NCBI RefSeq assembly: GCF_002105155.1
Contig: NW_019028980.1
Location: 186,001 to 250,000 of the forward strand
Direction: 5' to 3'
Source of the DNA: Lobosporangium transversale
Taxonomy: Eukaryota
DNA length: 64,000 bases
Numbering within the stretch: position 1 is the stretch's first letter; each line of letters begins with the position of its first letter. The notes below the pieces were generated by a model. That model searched no databases and had not been told where the DNA came from. It was given only the letters and a program-made list of their open reading frames with translations. A program made the position numbers and the translations under genes. Below are positions 39,518 through 53,302 of the stretch, piece after piece.

Positions 39518-39660
39518 TGCGCGTTTACTCTTCTTTCATTGTTTCATTGTTTCATTGTTTCATTGTTTCATTGTTTCACTCTTTCATTCTTTCATTCTTT
39601 TTTTTTTTTCTAAATCCATCCTACTTCCATTCTTGTTGTATTTCCCATTTAACTTTTTAA

Positions 39661-41214
39661 ATGCTTCTATATCTTATATCACGAGTAGTCAGGTAAAACC
39701 TTGCAAATACTGCGGCTCACTATTTGCTCCAGAAGGGAAGAAGAAGAAAAAAATAATGGCAGGGATACTGACACTGTTGATCCCACATGGATATATGTTA
39801 TCCCCAATGTAGCACGGTTGCAGGCTCAGTTGTAAGTGGGCGAAGTACTCTACCTTCAATTGCTCTCGTCTTGTCTTGATGGACAATAGCCTAATCTGAG
39901 TTTCTTTTTTTTTTCTGTAGTACCCAGCATACGCGTCGTACAAGGCAATCAACTCACGAAATAGCACCCGCTTGACAGCATGGCTCATGTATTGGACTGT
40001 TATGGGCATATTCAGCCTGGTCGAGTTTGTACTGGACACATTTATCTTCTGGTAAAGTACCTCTTGATAGTCTGGGCAATTAACCAAATGAATAAGAAAC
40101 AAACATATTGAATTCCTTTTTATTTCTTTTATTCGTTTATTAAAAAGGCTCCCTTTTTACTATGAAATCAAGTTACTCTTTGTTCTTTGGATGATCTTAC
40201 CTCAGACACAGGTACAAAAGAAGCACAACAACAAAAAAAGAACCGCGAGTAATCACGGGATATTCTACTCTTTAGTATACTCATAGTTTTCCTTTTATTT
40301 GTGCGTCCCATTTTCCCGCATAAAGGGTTCAATCTATCTTTATCAGGCCGTAGTGGATCCATATCTTTCTCAGCATGAGCACGACATTGACAAGGCTTTG
40401 AAGGATATGCAGAAGCAAGCCATGGCTATGGGCATGCAGTACATCAAACAAGCCATCCAAATGCTACAGAACCTTGCGTTTGATCTTTACAAAAAGGTTT
40501 GTTTTATTCTGTTGTTGCTGATGGGTAGTACATGGGTCTTTGTGTGGTGATCCTAATCAAAGTATTTCGCACAACTGTCTCTATCCATCTTTTTTTTTTT
40601 TTTTTTTTTTTTTTCTTTTCTTATTCCTATCTCCAACAGTCTCAATCAGGTTCATCATCTTCATCCCTAGCTGATAAGGATGCGGGAACTCCCTCGACAA
40701 GATCTGCTACGTCCATTAGTAGCTTCGGCACCGTGGCAACATCTTCTGCCTTTTCAGGGACCTCGACTGATGCGAGCGCGAATATAAATGCCCCGTCTGC
40801 TCAGGGATATTTTTCATGGGCGTATCATGCCCTGTCACCCAAATTGGCTGCCGTAGCTTCAATGGCAGCCTCATCATCAGTGCCATCAGTATCATTATTA
40901 GACAAAGGGTCTGCACGGCCATTACCTGTTCCACCGGTGGATCTATATGCAAACCGAACACCCTCTACAGGATCGGCTTCTTCTTCTTCCAGCAATAGTG
41001 ATGAATCTAAGAAGACTGAGCTGGACCAGCTGACATCACGGTTAAACAGGGCCGCAGAGCTATCTTCATTGCGTAACCGAAAAATTTCTCTGTACGACGA
41101 TGAGAACAACAATAGTGGCAGTGAGACGTCCTCGGTCAATCATTCTGCTCATACTTCCGAGAGTTATACGACGACTTGGGGTAGCAACTTTACAAGCTTC
41201 GGTCACAACTATTA

Positions 41215-41215
<1 letters not shown>
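39661..41215 (+). CDS. TB2/DP1/HVA22 (REEP) family ER-shaping protein; exons 39661-39692, 39813-39831, 39921-40051, 40148-40211, 40326-40496, 40640-41215
   Basis: Spliced MLLYLISRVVSTVAGSVYPAYASYKAI...WLMYWTV...FWLPFYYEIKLLFVLWMILPQTQGSIYLY. All introns are GT-AG and in frame. Confidence 0.9.
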
Positions 41216-41247
<32 letters not shown>

Positions 41248-41671
41248 GGCAAAAAAAAAAAGGAGAACGATTATTATGATGAGTGAGACAGATATGAATG
41301 TACATTCTTTTTTTTTTATTATTGTACAGTGTACCTTTGAATTAAATAAAGCTTTTCTCTTTTTCTGGATCTTGTTATGACCCACCATATTGCTTTGGTA
41401 GATAGAAAAAGAAAGTGATTCAATATTATTATTATTTTTTTTACATGGAGATGTATATCATTTTCAATAAATGACGTGAATGATCTTTGATCGCGTAGAA
41501 AAGTCTACCTAATTAAATAAATGACCAAACATGTATGGAAAAAAAAAAAAAAAAAAAAAAAAAGTAACAATTATTTCTATTTAATATGAAAATGCACTGC
41601 ACATTTCTTTTTTCTTCTCTCTATCTACAGGATTCCAATCCAAATGAGCGCAGACTAACATGTCATTTTCT

Positions 41672-41753
41672 TCAATAGCGCTTAACATAGTGGTCATATT
41701 GCGATATCATCCAGATCAACGAGGTGGCTAAGGTTTTTTTTTTTTTTTTTGTA

Positions 41754-41784
<31 letters not shown>

Positions 41785-42043
41785 GTTAACTATTAGCTTT
41801 TTATTGACATTCCAAAAAATAAAGGAAAGAGGTGGGGGGGGGGGGGGGGAAAGCGCTTTCGACTTACTGGAGACGATGCAGGGGGCCAAGTAAGGGCCAG
41901 TGATCTTGGCGGTTCTGAAGACAACGAACTCAGACACGAAGTGTACCCAGGCAATTCCAAAAGTCCAGATCACAATGTTATACATTCTGGGATAAGGTAA
42001 AAAAAGAAAAAAAAATCAGTAAGTTATTAATGACTTGAGCCTG

Positions 42044-42074
<31 letters not shown>

Positions 42075-42504
42075 CATACTTTTCTTATATACTTACGGTG
42101 CAAATTGGAGATTATAGGCACCATAAAGACGGATGACAGAGCTGAGAAAGGTCCACACTCCAAATGTACGAGCAGAAAGATTGGTAACTTTTTTTATTAT
42201 TATTATTATTGTTATTATTATTATTATTATTGTTTTTTATTTGGAAAGTTCACAGATAGATTCGTTTAGCAAATTCATTTTTTCCTCATACCGGTATAAG
42301 AAAACTAGCTATTGCTTTTCATATATATATTTCATTAAAATCGTTAGCAATACCTTCATGAGGTTTATTAGCATAGAGACGGCGAGTGGCTTTGAGGGTA
42401 ACAAAAGCTTGGAAGGTGTTCAGGAACGAAGTGACACCAACGACCCAGAGCCACTTGGGTAAAAGTCCAGCAGGAAGTGAAGACCAGTCAATGAGATCAA
42501 GCAT
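41672..42504 (-). CDS. ERG28: Ergosterol biosynthesis protein Erg28; exons 42504-42354, 42187-42097, 41986-41868, 41727-41672
   Basis: GLLPKWL...NTFQAF...LYANKPHEVTNLSARTFGVWTFLSSVIRLYGAY...WTFGIAWVHFVSE...TSLIWMISQYDHYV. Confidence 0.93.
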
Positions 42505-42694
42505 CTTGAAAGAAGGGTAAAGGGATGAAGAATGAAAGAATGGAATAAACCTCTGGGTTGAAATGGAAAAGAATGAATAGAAACTTGACATTTCCTTCGT
42601 GGCTTGAGAGCCCTTTCTTGTAACACTCTTCGTGTTTTAGAAAAAAGCGATCCGCGTTGGAAGTCTCATAAAATTCACAAGTTCGATTTTATTA

Positions 42695-42727
<33 letters not shown>

Positions 42728-42753
42728 TTCCAGGCGAACACTTGTTTCAGTGA

Positions 42754-43453
42754 TTATCGAATCTCAATGTTCATGATCTTGACTTCCTCAAAGGGCTTGT
42801 CGCTCTTATCTGTCTTCAAATTCTCGATATTATGGATCACATCCATCCCTGTTACAGCCCTTCCAAAGACTGTATGCTTATTGTCAAGCCAGGGTGTTGG
42901 AACTGTCGTGATAAAGAATTGAGACCCATTCGTCCCTGGTCCTGCATTCGCCATTGAGACTGTATAGGGTCGATCATGTTTCAAATCATGATGAAATTCA
43001 TCCTCAAATTCTTTGCCCCAGATCGAAGTGCCTCCTGTACCATCCCCCAATGGATCGCCCGTTTGTAACATGAAGGATTTAATCACTCGGTGGAAAATAA
43101 CATTATCATAATATCCATTCCTGGAATGGGTCACAAAGTTTTCCACAGTCTTGGGCACCAACTCAGGAAATAACTTGATCTGAATGTCGCCCATGGTGGT
43201 ACGCAAAATAGCTGTTGTTCCCAATTTGTTTTTGGTATGCTGGGCTGTTGCAACCGCCTGCTCTTCTCGTGAGGGTTTCTCGTTAAAGACATCACGGTCT
43301 GCCTTATGAGATGGCCCTTGATCAGGCTCACGTTCTGTAAACATGTAGAAACGGCTGCGGGTATGGGCTGTACAGAATAATGTCGGATCTCGCATCTCTG
43401 ATTCCTTGAGTACAGAGTTTTCAGACGCTACCATTGCCTATTATAAAGAGGAA

Positions 43454-43489
<36 letters not shown>

Positions 43490-43869
43490 GATAACTTAGA
43501 GAGGATTGTTACTTTCAAGTAATATCTCGAATATTTAGATAGCCTTGTTTATTTTGTTTAAATACCATGGTCATATTCTTCTTCTTTTTGGGTGCTCCTT
43601 GGTACAATGCCACGTTCATGAAGCGCTGAGGCTCAGACTTCCCAATTAGACGAACGACTTTGTTAGAGTGCATGTTGACAATCTTGATACCAAAGATGGT
43701 TGGGTAGATCAAAAAGTGTCCACTCTCATCAAATACTGCATTTAAACAGCCTTGTTGTGTTGACTTTGTGATCACACGTTCACCTGCCAAGCGACGACCA
43801 AACTCCATATCATCCAACTTGTACATCTTTTGTCCAGTCTGGTTTTGAACAGGATAGAAATGAAAAAAA

Positions 43870-43912
<43 letters not shown>

Positions 43913-45451
43913 GTTTTAATGAAGACGTTACCGATTGCATTTCATTAATGACATCGAGACTTTCGTCATATTTGCGGATCATTTTTCCTGTCCTTGTCTT
44001 CCAGACACGGACCTGGCGATCCTTAGTACTCATGGTTACAAACTTTTCAAAGTCATATGAGAATGTAATCGAGGTCGCAGTCGATTTACACTTCTTGAAC
44101 TCATACAGATCTGTTTCACTCTTGTATTCAAATGCCACTGTCTTGGGCAAATCATGTTCTTCATCCGGATTCCAGTACTCTAAAGCTCCTGTATCGTCTG
44201 CAGAAACCACACAATTATATTTATCATTGAACACCATCGCAGTCACAGGTCCATTATGAAGCTTAGTGATTGAGAATAAGGATTTGCCATCGCCACGACC
44301 ATCAAATACATGAATGGTAGAAGAATCTGCATCCGCTATTGCTGCTTTGGCTTGTGCTTCGCCTCTTCTATGGATCCAACATACTGTACTAGGAACAAAA
44401 TCCAGCTTGATCACATTAATCATGTCTAAAAAAAAAAATTAAGAGTAGAGGTTAGCAATGTATTCTTCATTTCCTGTAATCGATTAAACAGACACTATCT
44501 GACTGCGACCTCTTACCAAAATTAATAACATCATAAACTTTGAGGGTTTTATCCAGGGAAATAGTAGCTAGGAGCAAACCATCATCAGACACACTGATTC
44601 CTGAAATTATAGCTAATGCAAACACAGTCATAGGATCGATTATGGATCAGTGGACGTTTTTTTTTCCTTCGAAGGACAGAATATTCTCCTTATTGGAAAT
44701 TTGATGATGGGTGCAAACAAATTCGCTCTTTGAAAAATGTAATACTAATTCTTTACCGAGATGCGATCTGTACTGCTTAACAAACTCAATTCCATATTCA
44801 GTCTTTTTCCAGAATTTGAGAAATCCATCTACAGAAGTGGTGATGATGAAGTCGGTCCTGGACACGAAATGAAAAAGTTATTTAGCCAGGTTGGAACAAT
44901 GGCTTTTAGTTCCTCGATAATGCAAGCAAATGAATTTGATTTGACTTACTTGGTCACCGCCACAAAGTTGACCGCGTCCCTATGCATATAACTCTTCTCG
45001 TACATTTCTGCAGAAGGCAATCGAGAGATGTACAGCTGCTCATGAGGCAAGGCTAAAAATAACAAATAGGAGGATAAGTAAGATGTTGACCTAACCAACC
45101 CAACTGAACACTGTAATGCTCGGTACTTGATGTCACCATCACTTGATCTGCTTACTTACGCTTCCTACGCTTCTTGCTCTGTACCTCGTCGGCAGCTGAT
45201 ACTGGCATGGGACCAATATCATCTTCAGAGCCTAAATATTTAAGCAATTCAAGTCATTAGACCATACAATTAACAACTTTTGTTTGTCTCGTCGTTTAAC
45301 AAGCTCAATATGATTTACGACATCACTACTTGCCTGAATCGCCTTCCTGAACCTGTGGTTCATGGTTATCCTCATGAGTACGCTTTCCAAGGGTGGATGA
45401 GCTCTCTTCATTACGATCCTGCTGCTCGCCATTCTCCTTTTCTGTTGGCAT
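42754..45451 (-). CDS. PPWD1: WD40 + cyclophilin peptidyl-prolyl isomerase (PPWD1/Cyp15 type); eight exons (45451-45334, 45231-45160, 45052-44950, 44857-44757, 44612-44517, 44425-43932, 43838-43566, 43437-42754)
   Basis: [14 protein letters not shown]...[14 protein letters not shown] and MEFGRRLA, then the cyclophilin domain PKTVENF...[22 protein letters not shown]...[17 protein letters not shown]. Confidence 0.96.
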
Positions 45452-45739
45452 TTTTTTTTATCGCTGTCTGAGTCTTGTTTGCTTGTGGGAAGAAAAAAAA
45501 AAAAAAAAAGAGAGAGAGAGAGAGAGAGAGCTTTGTTTCAATAGCGAATGACATGCACCTGCCCCCAAGTTCAAGGCCATGACACAAAGCCACCAATTCA
45601 ATTGCTCAGAAATCGGAACTAGGTTTATTTTGACTGATCAGTTTTTTTCCTGACTTGTACTGTACCAAAACTTTCAGGAACAACCTACAAACAGGGTTTT
45701 CAGAAGCACCAATTTACAATAGTAGCAGCGAAGTCAATC

Positions 45740-47123
45740 ATGTTGTCATCGGGAATTAGGATCAATCAAACATGTCGCCAAACAGATCTGATCAGCTTCC
45801 TCAGATCTTTTATTACCGAAGTTACACCAATAAGAGAGCGCCGACCTACTTCTACTAAAGCTCTCAATAATGTCTGTAGCCGTCATTTTTCAGCATCTTG
45901 CTCCAGCCGCGCAAGGCTTCCATATTTCCATAAGCAATTAAAAAAGAAGCCCAAAAGCGAAAATAACCCTATGAAAGAAGCAGTAGAATTGGATCACGCC
46001 AATCTCGCGACAAAGCCTGCCTCAATCTCCAAGTCTTCATCTTTGCCCTCCTCGTCACCATCCATCCTTTCATCTTCAGAAGGATCGAGCACACCATCAA
46101 TATCCAAACGTCAGGCTTTTAAATCCATTACACCTCCTACGAAACTCATGAATGAGATCCGAATATTGGGTCTGGGTGCCAAAGCCGAAACTTGGTCCTT
46201 TGACAATTCCGACCGTGGCAATAAAACCATTCGTCCCTGGGATAAAAAACTCTCGCCGGATGAATGGAAGCAGCAACAACGAGAGAATAGATTACCAGCC
46301 AAAAAAGTATGGTTCGAGCAAAAGACCAAAAAAATCGTCGAGAAGGAAGAAGTCAAATTTCCAGGAATGCGATTCGTTGCAGGCGCTTCAACCATGAAGA
46401 GCGTCCCACATGAGGAAGCCCTGTTGAAGTTGATTCGGCCCAACCTATTTGATGAGCTGGAAGAAATCGATCGTTTATTAAAGGATTCGAGAGAAAGCCT
46501 CAGTTCTTCATCGCCCTTTCCTCAGGACCAAGAGAGTTCTAGTATAGCGACTGCGCGGTTGAAACTCAGTCCTGAAGAAATCAAAGAGCTGGAAGCAAAG
46601 AAACGGGCTAAAGAATGGGAAATCAAGGATTCTGTATTACAAGAGATTGCAATCGTTGGGAGATCTAATGTAGGCAAATCTACCATGTTGAACACCTTGA
46701 CTGATTCCCCAAACACAGCACGTGTAAGCTCAAAGCCTGGTTTGACCCGTCAACTGAACTTTTATCGATGTGGTGAAAAGTTTGTGGTTGTGGACATGCC
46801 CGGATATGGGTTTGCATTTGCAAAAGAAGAGGATAAGAACAACTGGAAAGAATTGGTATGTGGGACAATTATCTTCTTTCTCGTAAAAAAAGTCTGCAAG
46901 TGAGCTTTCTCAACGTGTGAAATATTGATGTTTGCAATTTTTACCTCTCAAATAGATTGAAGAGTACCTGAGCTCTCGTAAGACATTGAGACGGATCTAT
47001 GTCATGATCGACGCTCGTCATGGACTCAAAGTCGCAGATAAGGAGTTTTTATCGATGTTGGACAGGTAAAGTATATTAAAAACATTGTAGGTTTGTACGA
47101 TCTACATGAAAATTGTCCCATTA

Positions 47124-47156
<33 letters not shown>

Positions 47157-47523
47157 TTAGTAAATCGAAAAAGTTCCAAGTAGTTCTCACCAAATGTGAT
47201 TTGGTCAATCCACCTGATCTGGCTCGTTGTTACATGCTTGTTCAAGAAGTAAGCGAAAAAAGCGTTGCCTTTTTTTTCTTCTCGATATCCACCTCGTGTT
47301 TGATTTCCTAAATATCCACCTCTTTGTGATTTCCATCTTTACACCTACAATCGTACAATAGGAGCTCAAAAAGACGTATCGTCATGCCATCTCTGAACGC
47401 CTATTAATGATCAGTTCGTATACAGGAGCAGGCATGAACAATTTGAGGAAGGACATGCTGTTTGTTCTTGGATATGACATTCTTGTACGCGATCGAGAAC
47501 GACCAAAGAGTACACTTCGGTGA
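45740..47523 (+). CDS. EngB/YihA-family GTPase, probably mitochondrial; exons 45740-46855, 46956-47065, 47161-47248, 47362-47523
   Basis: G1 GRSNVGKS, G2 KPGLT, G3 DMPGYG, IDARHGLK, G4 TKCD and G5 ISSYTGAG. The Arg/Ser-rich N-terminus resembles a targeting presequence. Confidence 0.92.
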
Positions 47524-48289
47524 TTTGTCTACATAGGACTTATGCTTTACATAGTAATTGAGTTGTACTATACCCCATATCAAATAATTGATATTATCTT
47601 TGATACTCGTGTGTCCTTGATGGATATTATATTAGACATGAATCCTTTTTTTTTTTTTTTTTTTTTACATAAGGCGGTAAACCAGCCAAACGCATTGTAA
47701 TATGCGCGTAATCAAAGAACAGAATAAAACAAGACTTTGATCAGAAGTGTTAAAATGCTTCCCATCACGACTTTGTCATTAATTAAAGACTTGCCGCTGT
47801 GGGATCACACGCCTTTGTTATTGTGACGATATGAAGGCAAGAATTAACCTGAGCCAAGCTTTCTAGGTTTTGCTAGGAATCTTGTACAACCGCTCTTTTT
47901 TTACATTCTATTTAATCAGTCCAGCCTATCAGCTCTTAAAAAAAAAATCCTCCATAGCGCTCGACTGTTTACTTTAGTTCATTTCGCATGCTCCGTCCAC
48001 ACGATCTTCTCTTTGCAAGGCGCACAGACATGATGGTGCGATTGGCAATCACGACTTCAACTCTGTCTCTTCCTTTTTTAACTCTCATGCTATCCTCTTC
48101 CCCTAGCCGTAATTCTCTTTCTACCTCCTCTTTTTTTTTTCTTACTGTTGAAGGTCCAAAAGTTACGAATAAGCATTCAGAAGACCTTTTTTTTTTTTTT
48201 TATAAGGTGCGAAACTATTGATTTACGTCTCAGATGAGTGTTTTATGAGAAAAGATGAAAAATCTATAATACAATTTAGTATAGTTATA

Positions 48290-49050
48290 TTACACGCCTT
48301 CCATGGCATTTGCTGCAGCACTTGTCACCGCATCCAGCGTCGAGTGATCATCATGGCAGCCTCGGTATCTGTCTCTTCCTTGTCCTTGGCCTTTATCTCT
48401 GTATTCGTCTTCGTCTACCTCTTCACCTTCATCAGTATCATCTTCCGCATCTACATCAACATCTACGTTCAGGTCCACACCAGGTGTCTCTCCTCCTATT
48501 TGTTTGTGCCTGTGATGATCCTTAGAAGGACCAGTCATTGTTAGAGTAGGAGTGGGGCATGACCGACCCAGTAATTGTGAAATCCCCGATGTTTTCATTA
48601 CTGATGATGCTGAAATTGACTGCGACTTTGTGGACCATCTGACTTCCTTTTTATCACCATTACACTCAGCTATATCCATGTGAGATAAAGACATAGACAA
48701 AGGTGCTGCCGTTGCTACTGCTGTTGTTGTTGAATCCTTTAAAGTAGATGTAGGCGATGTAGATAGGGTCTGAGAATATGGTAGAGGGGGACTGAAGGGC
48801 CTTGACACTGGGATTTGAGACTGGGAAAGCGACTGTGCTTGGGGTTGTAAGTAAACCAAAGAAGAGGACGAAGGTGGGATATTCATTGCTGTCAATCTAT
48901 TCGGCACTCCTCCTGGTATCTCTGTAGATTGGGGCTGTGTTGCCAGAGTCTTTGATGAACTAGACGAAGATGTACTAGCTTTGGATTTTATAGGCATCTG
49001 AGGTCCCGTGTTGGTTTGCGAGTTACTATTGTTGCTGCTGTTGCTGTTGC

Positions 49051-49090
<40 letters not shown>

Positions 49091-49818
49091 AATGTTATTT
49101 CTCCTAAAAAACCTCCGCTTTGGTGTGGTTGGCGTTACTGATGACATGATGGAGATCCCATCAGCTGCGGCAGCAGCTGTAGCAGCAGCAACCGCAGTAT
49201 GCGAATAGGATCCATGAACCGATGCGACTCCTGTGGCTGTTGTAGATCCGGGAATAATACTAGTTTGGGCAGATGCGCCGGATGCAACCAAAGTAAGGTT
49301 ACTATTGTCGACTGTCCGACGCTTCCCAAAAATGCCACGCCTCTTCATCTGTGGACTCCCCTCATTCATAGCAGGGCTTGGACACTCCCCTATTACAGGT
49401 GATCCCTGTACATGTCTCACAAATTCTGTTGTAGAAGGAGAATAGCAACCACTGTTGCTAAGATGTTGCTGTGAGTTACCAAAGCTACCGGGTTGGTGTC
49501 CATTCCCTGCACTGGCTGTGTTACCATTGTTGGTATTCGTGTTATAATTGTTGGTTCCACCCCGTCGGAAGATACCGCCAGCCCACTGTTTGGCCCATCC
49601 AACTCTTTGTCGAACTGCTCGCTTTGCCATGTTCACGTTCATGCGACCCGAATTCTTCATCAAGAAGAGCATGGCGCAATTGCTTGCAAACAAGACCACG
49701 ATAAAGAAATCAAAACTGCAGTAACGCACCATGAGCGTGTACGCCGTGAGCATCAGCAACGTCCGGCGTCGCTGACGTACAAACGCTGTCTCACGCACCA
49801 CTAAATCATCACAAAGGG

Positions 49819-49855
<37 letters not shown>

Positions 49856-51117
49856 TTTTCAATTTCTTTTTGGAAACCATATATCCTTTGTCGATCGTCT
49901 CCCTCCTCTTCTGGCTTCCTCTTCCTACTTCTCGTATTTGTGAAACTTACTAGCGAGAGTCAATTTGTTGCCATTTTTTGGATCTGGTTCTGGATAAGTC
50001 AAGAGGGCAATGAATTGGAGCGGAATATCAAGCCAAGGATTTGGCTTCTCTCTCTCTTGGTTTCTCTGCTGTATGGGTTGCTCAGGGCCTTCGATCCAAT
50101 TGACTAAAGTATCAATGAATGGTGACGCTGTTATCCAGCTTAAAGGCCCTCCACCTGTATTAGCACCTGTCTCACCACTGGAGCTCGGTAACTCTGCTCC
50201 TGCGCCCGCGCCTGTACTCGGTCCTGATCCCGACCCAAATTCTGTGCCAGGGAAAGATCCATAAATTCCTTTTGAAAATGATTGGTCACAACTGGAGCGG
50301 GCCATCCTTGCTTCTTCTAATAATTTTCCTTGAACGATCACCATCTCTTCAGAACTTTCAGATAGCTCTTCTGGGCTTACTTCAGGTGTAGGAAGACCGA
50401 CATGATCTTCACGGTCCTGAGCTGCGCTATCGATACTCATGGCCATTGCGCGAGGTTTTTGAGGACGTGCAAGGCGGTTAGTACGCATAGATCGTGTTCG
50501 AGAATGTGAATGTGAACGTGATCGTGATCGTGATCGTGATTGCGATCGTGATTGTGATCGTAAATTGGGGCGATCTTTCAGAGGTATGAATGTCACTTCT
50601 TGGTCTAACATATTAGAACGCGAATGCTGGCGTCGATTATAGATAGAGGCAGACGACGCTGGTCTTTCAATAGGATTCAGCAGCAAGTGTTGATTCAACG
50701 GTAGGTATTGATTCAATGTCAATGGTTCGGAGCGATGCTGCTGTGGTGGTGATATTGACGAAGCTGGTAATGAAGATTGCTGCTTAAACTGTGGGGTCTG
50801 TTCGACGGGAATTAGTTGATGATGGAGCTCAGTGGCTGCTAAAAGGTCCTCAAGTGAAATAGCTCTTCTTAAAGGCCGTTGAGCTTTGAAACGCGTGGCA
50901 GAAGAGTAGACATCCGTCAATTCTCCACGGGAGGCGTATGATGAATCAGACAAGTAATCGTCAGCGTCGTGTTGAGGTAGGGTGTCTAGGGGATTAGGAC
51001 GTCGAACTTGGTTCTTGGATAGACAATCCTCAGGAGGCGCGATAGTCAACTACAGGAATAAAAAATGTAAGAGACCAAAAATGCGTGAAATGGCAGGATT
51101 AGAAAGGCAATATAAAT

Positions 51118-51162
<45 letters not shown>

Positions 51163-51412
51163 AGTAGGTTATGACAGAATTATTATAAGGATTCAGTAGA
51201 AAAACGTTGGGATGCGGGAAAAGATGTGATGTGTACATGAATGCATGTGTTCGACAAATGTTTGAAGGAAAGTATATGATGCTGTGTAGATAAAATGAAA
51301 TGGGAGGGTAGATGTAGTAGAAACTTACAATATCATTCCTCTCAAATGTTGACTTGAGCCAGGTTGAGATTTTTTTTGAAGTGACCTTGCCCTGGATCGA
51401 CACACGGACCAT
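48290..51412 (-). CDS. Hypothetical membrane protein with a compact central hydrophobic domain flanked by low-complexity regions; exons 51412-51329, 51049-49951, 49800-48290
   Basis: In-frame splicing gives WLDIPLQFIALLTYPEPDPKNGNKLTLAMVRETAFVRQRRRTLLMLTAYTLMVRYCSFDFFIVVLFASNC. It contains RS and polyN repeats. The start may lie further upstream. Confidence 0.75.
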
Positions 51413-53302
51413 CCGGGAAAGGAACTGGAGTTCGGACTGTAGTAACTCTTCAAGGTCACCTTCGGCCACTGAAATATAATAAAAAGAAATGAATGCAAGA
51501 AGATTAAGACCGGTTAAATTGTGGTGTCACAAACCATTTTATTTCTCCTCGCTCTCCCTTTTCTATTCCTCCATAATCACATCATTTAACCAGTTGATCT
51601 GTGCATGCAATCATCACGAATAGATAAATTCCTCCCATTCTTCTGAAATGAATAAAAAGAAAAAAGGGAAATGAAATATGAGCGAGATTGAAAGAGAGAG
51701 AAAGGGAGGGGGGGCAAATTTCTACTATTGTATATTTACACCATTCACGACTGATAATGTGCTGGCCTAATAGACTTAACAATCGTTTGTCTCGAAGGGA
51801 AAATATTCCTTGTGAAATATTACAAATGAACCCAGAGATCAAAAAAAAATGCTCATGAAAGAAAAGAAAATCGCTCAATAATAGGAACAACAACAAACGA
51901 AACAGGTTTGTACTTTGTCAGATAGTGTAGTGTGTGAGCGACAGGCGAGTGAACATGAATGTGAATATAAAAAGTGGGGTTATTTGTTCCATGTGCACAT
52001 GTCGAATGATACGAATGCATCTTTGTTATTTCAAAATTTGTATTCATTGGTGGCATAGAAAGATAAATAAAGAAAGAAGGTTGAACAAGTTGAACAACCC
52101 TCATTTCTTTCACTTTCACATTAATATTTGCTCTGTGCGCCCTATGATTTTCCTGTTAAGCGAGAGTTAAAAGAAGGTTGGAAATTGACCAGTTTAAAGT
52201 GAGATGAGGCGTAAAGACGTGGTGTATTTACAGTTGTAATGACAGTTTACAATAGTAATGAGCGAAGGGAGTATGCGATGGATCAAAACGGCGTTTTTTT
52301 TTTTTTTTTTATTTTTATTTTTTTTTTTTTATTCAGCTTGGCTTGAAGATGACAATATTATACATGATCGAGAATCTCTTTGATGTAATAGCCCAAATAT
52401 GGGTCAGTGTGCCAATTGAAGACATATTAATAAGGGTATATTAAAATATAAAACTATGATGACAATAAAAGACACCTGCCTCGATAATGTGGGAACCCAC
52501 GGGTGATGATACGGTATGCATTGGACCGACGACGGGGGTGATGCTGCAGTACAAAGTACTCTGTCTCTGCAAGACCTTTCCAGGCAGATCTGCCCCGCAG
52601 CAGCACCCCAACCAGTCTGGGGTGGACCACCATGCAAGTATTGTAGTATTATATTAATAAGTCTGTGTAAAACGAGTGTGTGTGAGACGTGTTTAAATAA
52701 AAAAAATAGAAAAAGAAAAAAAGAGTAAAAAAAGAAAAAAGAATAAAAAAGAGAGATACAGAATAAAGAGAGTGAAAAAGAGAGAGAGAGTAAATAAAGA
52801 CAAGTATGCAAATGTGAAGTCAATGAGCAACCATTGTTCAGTCGAACATGACGAATGCTGTTTGTCTAATAGGATGGGAGTGTATGTGTATGTGAATGTG
52901 TTAGAGTGAGTGAGAGAGTGAGGGTGAAGAATAAAAAAAAAAAAAAGACTGAGTAGGGGATAAAAGGGAATAAGAGGATAGACACAATCGCAAAAAAAGG
53001 AATGGGTGATTGGGGAATTGAGGCAGTGCAGTGTGTGCACACATCTGATCAAACATTTTCGCGCCCTTTCTGCGGCTAAATAGCCTCCGCACGAGATTCC
53101 TTTGACAACCTCATACTTTTTCTGTACATGTACAACATGTACAGAACAATGAGCACACTATCCGCTCTTAGCCCATCAGGACAGAAACTGAAACAATTAA
53201 AGATCTTTATCTGTCTGGGTACAAATAGAATATAACTCTGGGGTCCGTGGCGCTGACAATGATGACAACGTTGTGGTTTCTGCTTCTGTTTCTGTTGATG
53301 TT

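Noticed and set aside
47521..47650. Open frame after the EngB-like TGA (possible readthrough)
   Set aside because: The stop context is TGA-TTT rather than TGA-CTA, and the extension has no recognisable targeting signal.
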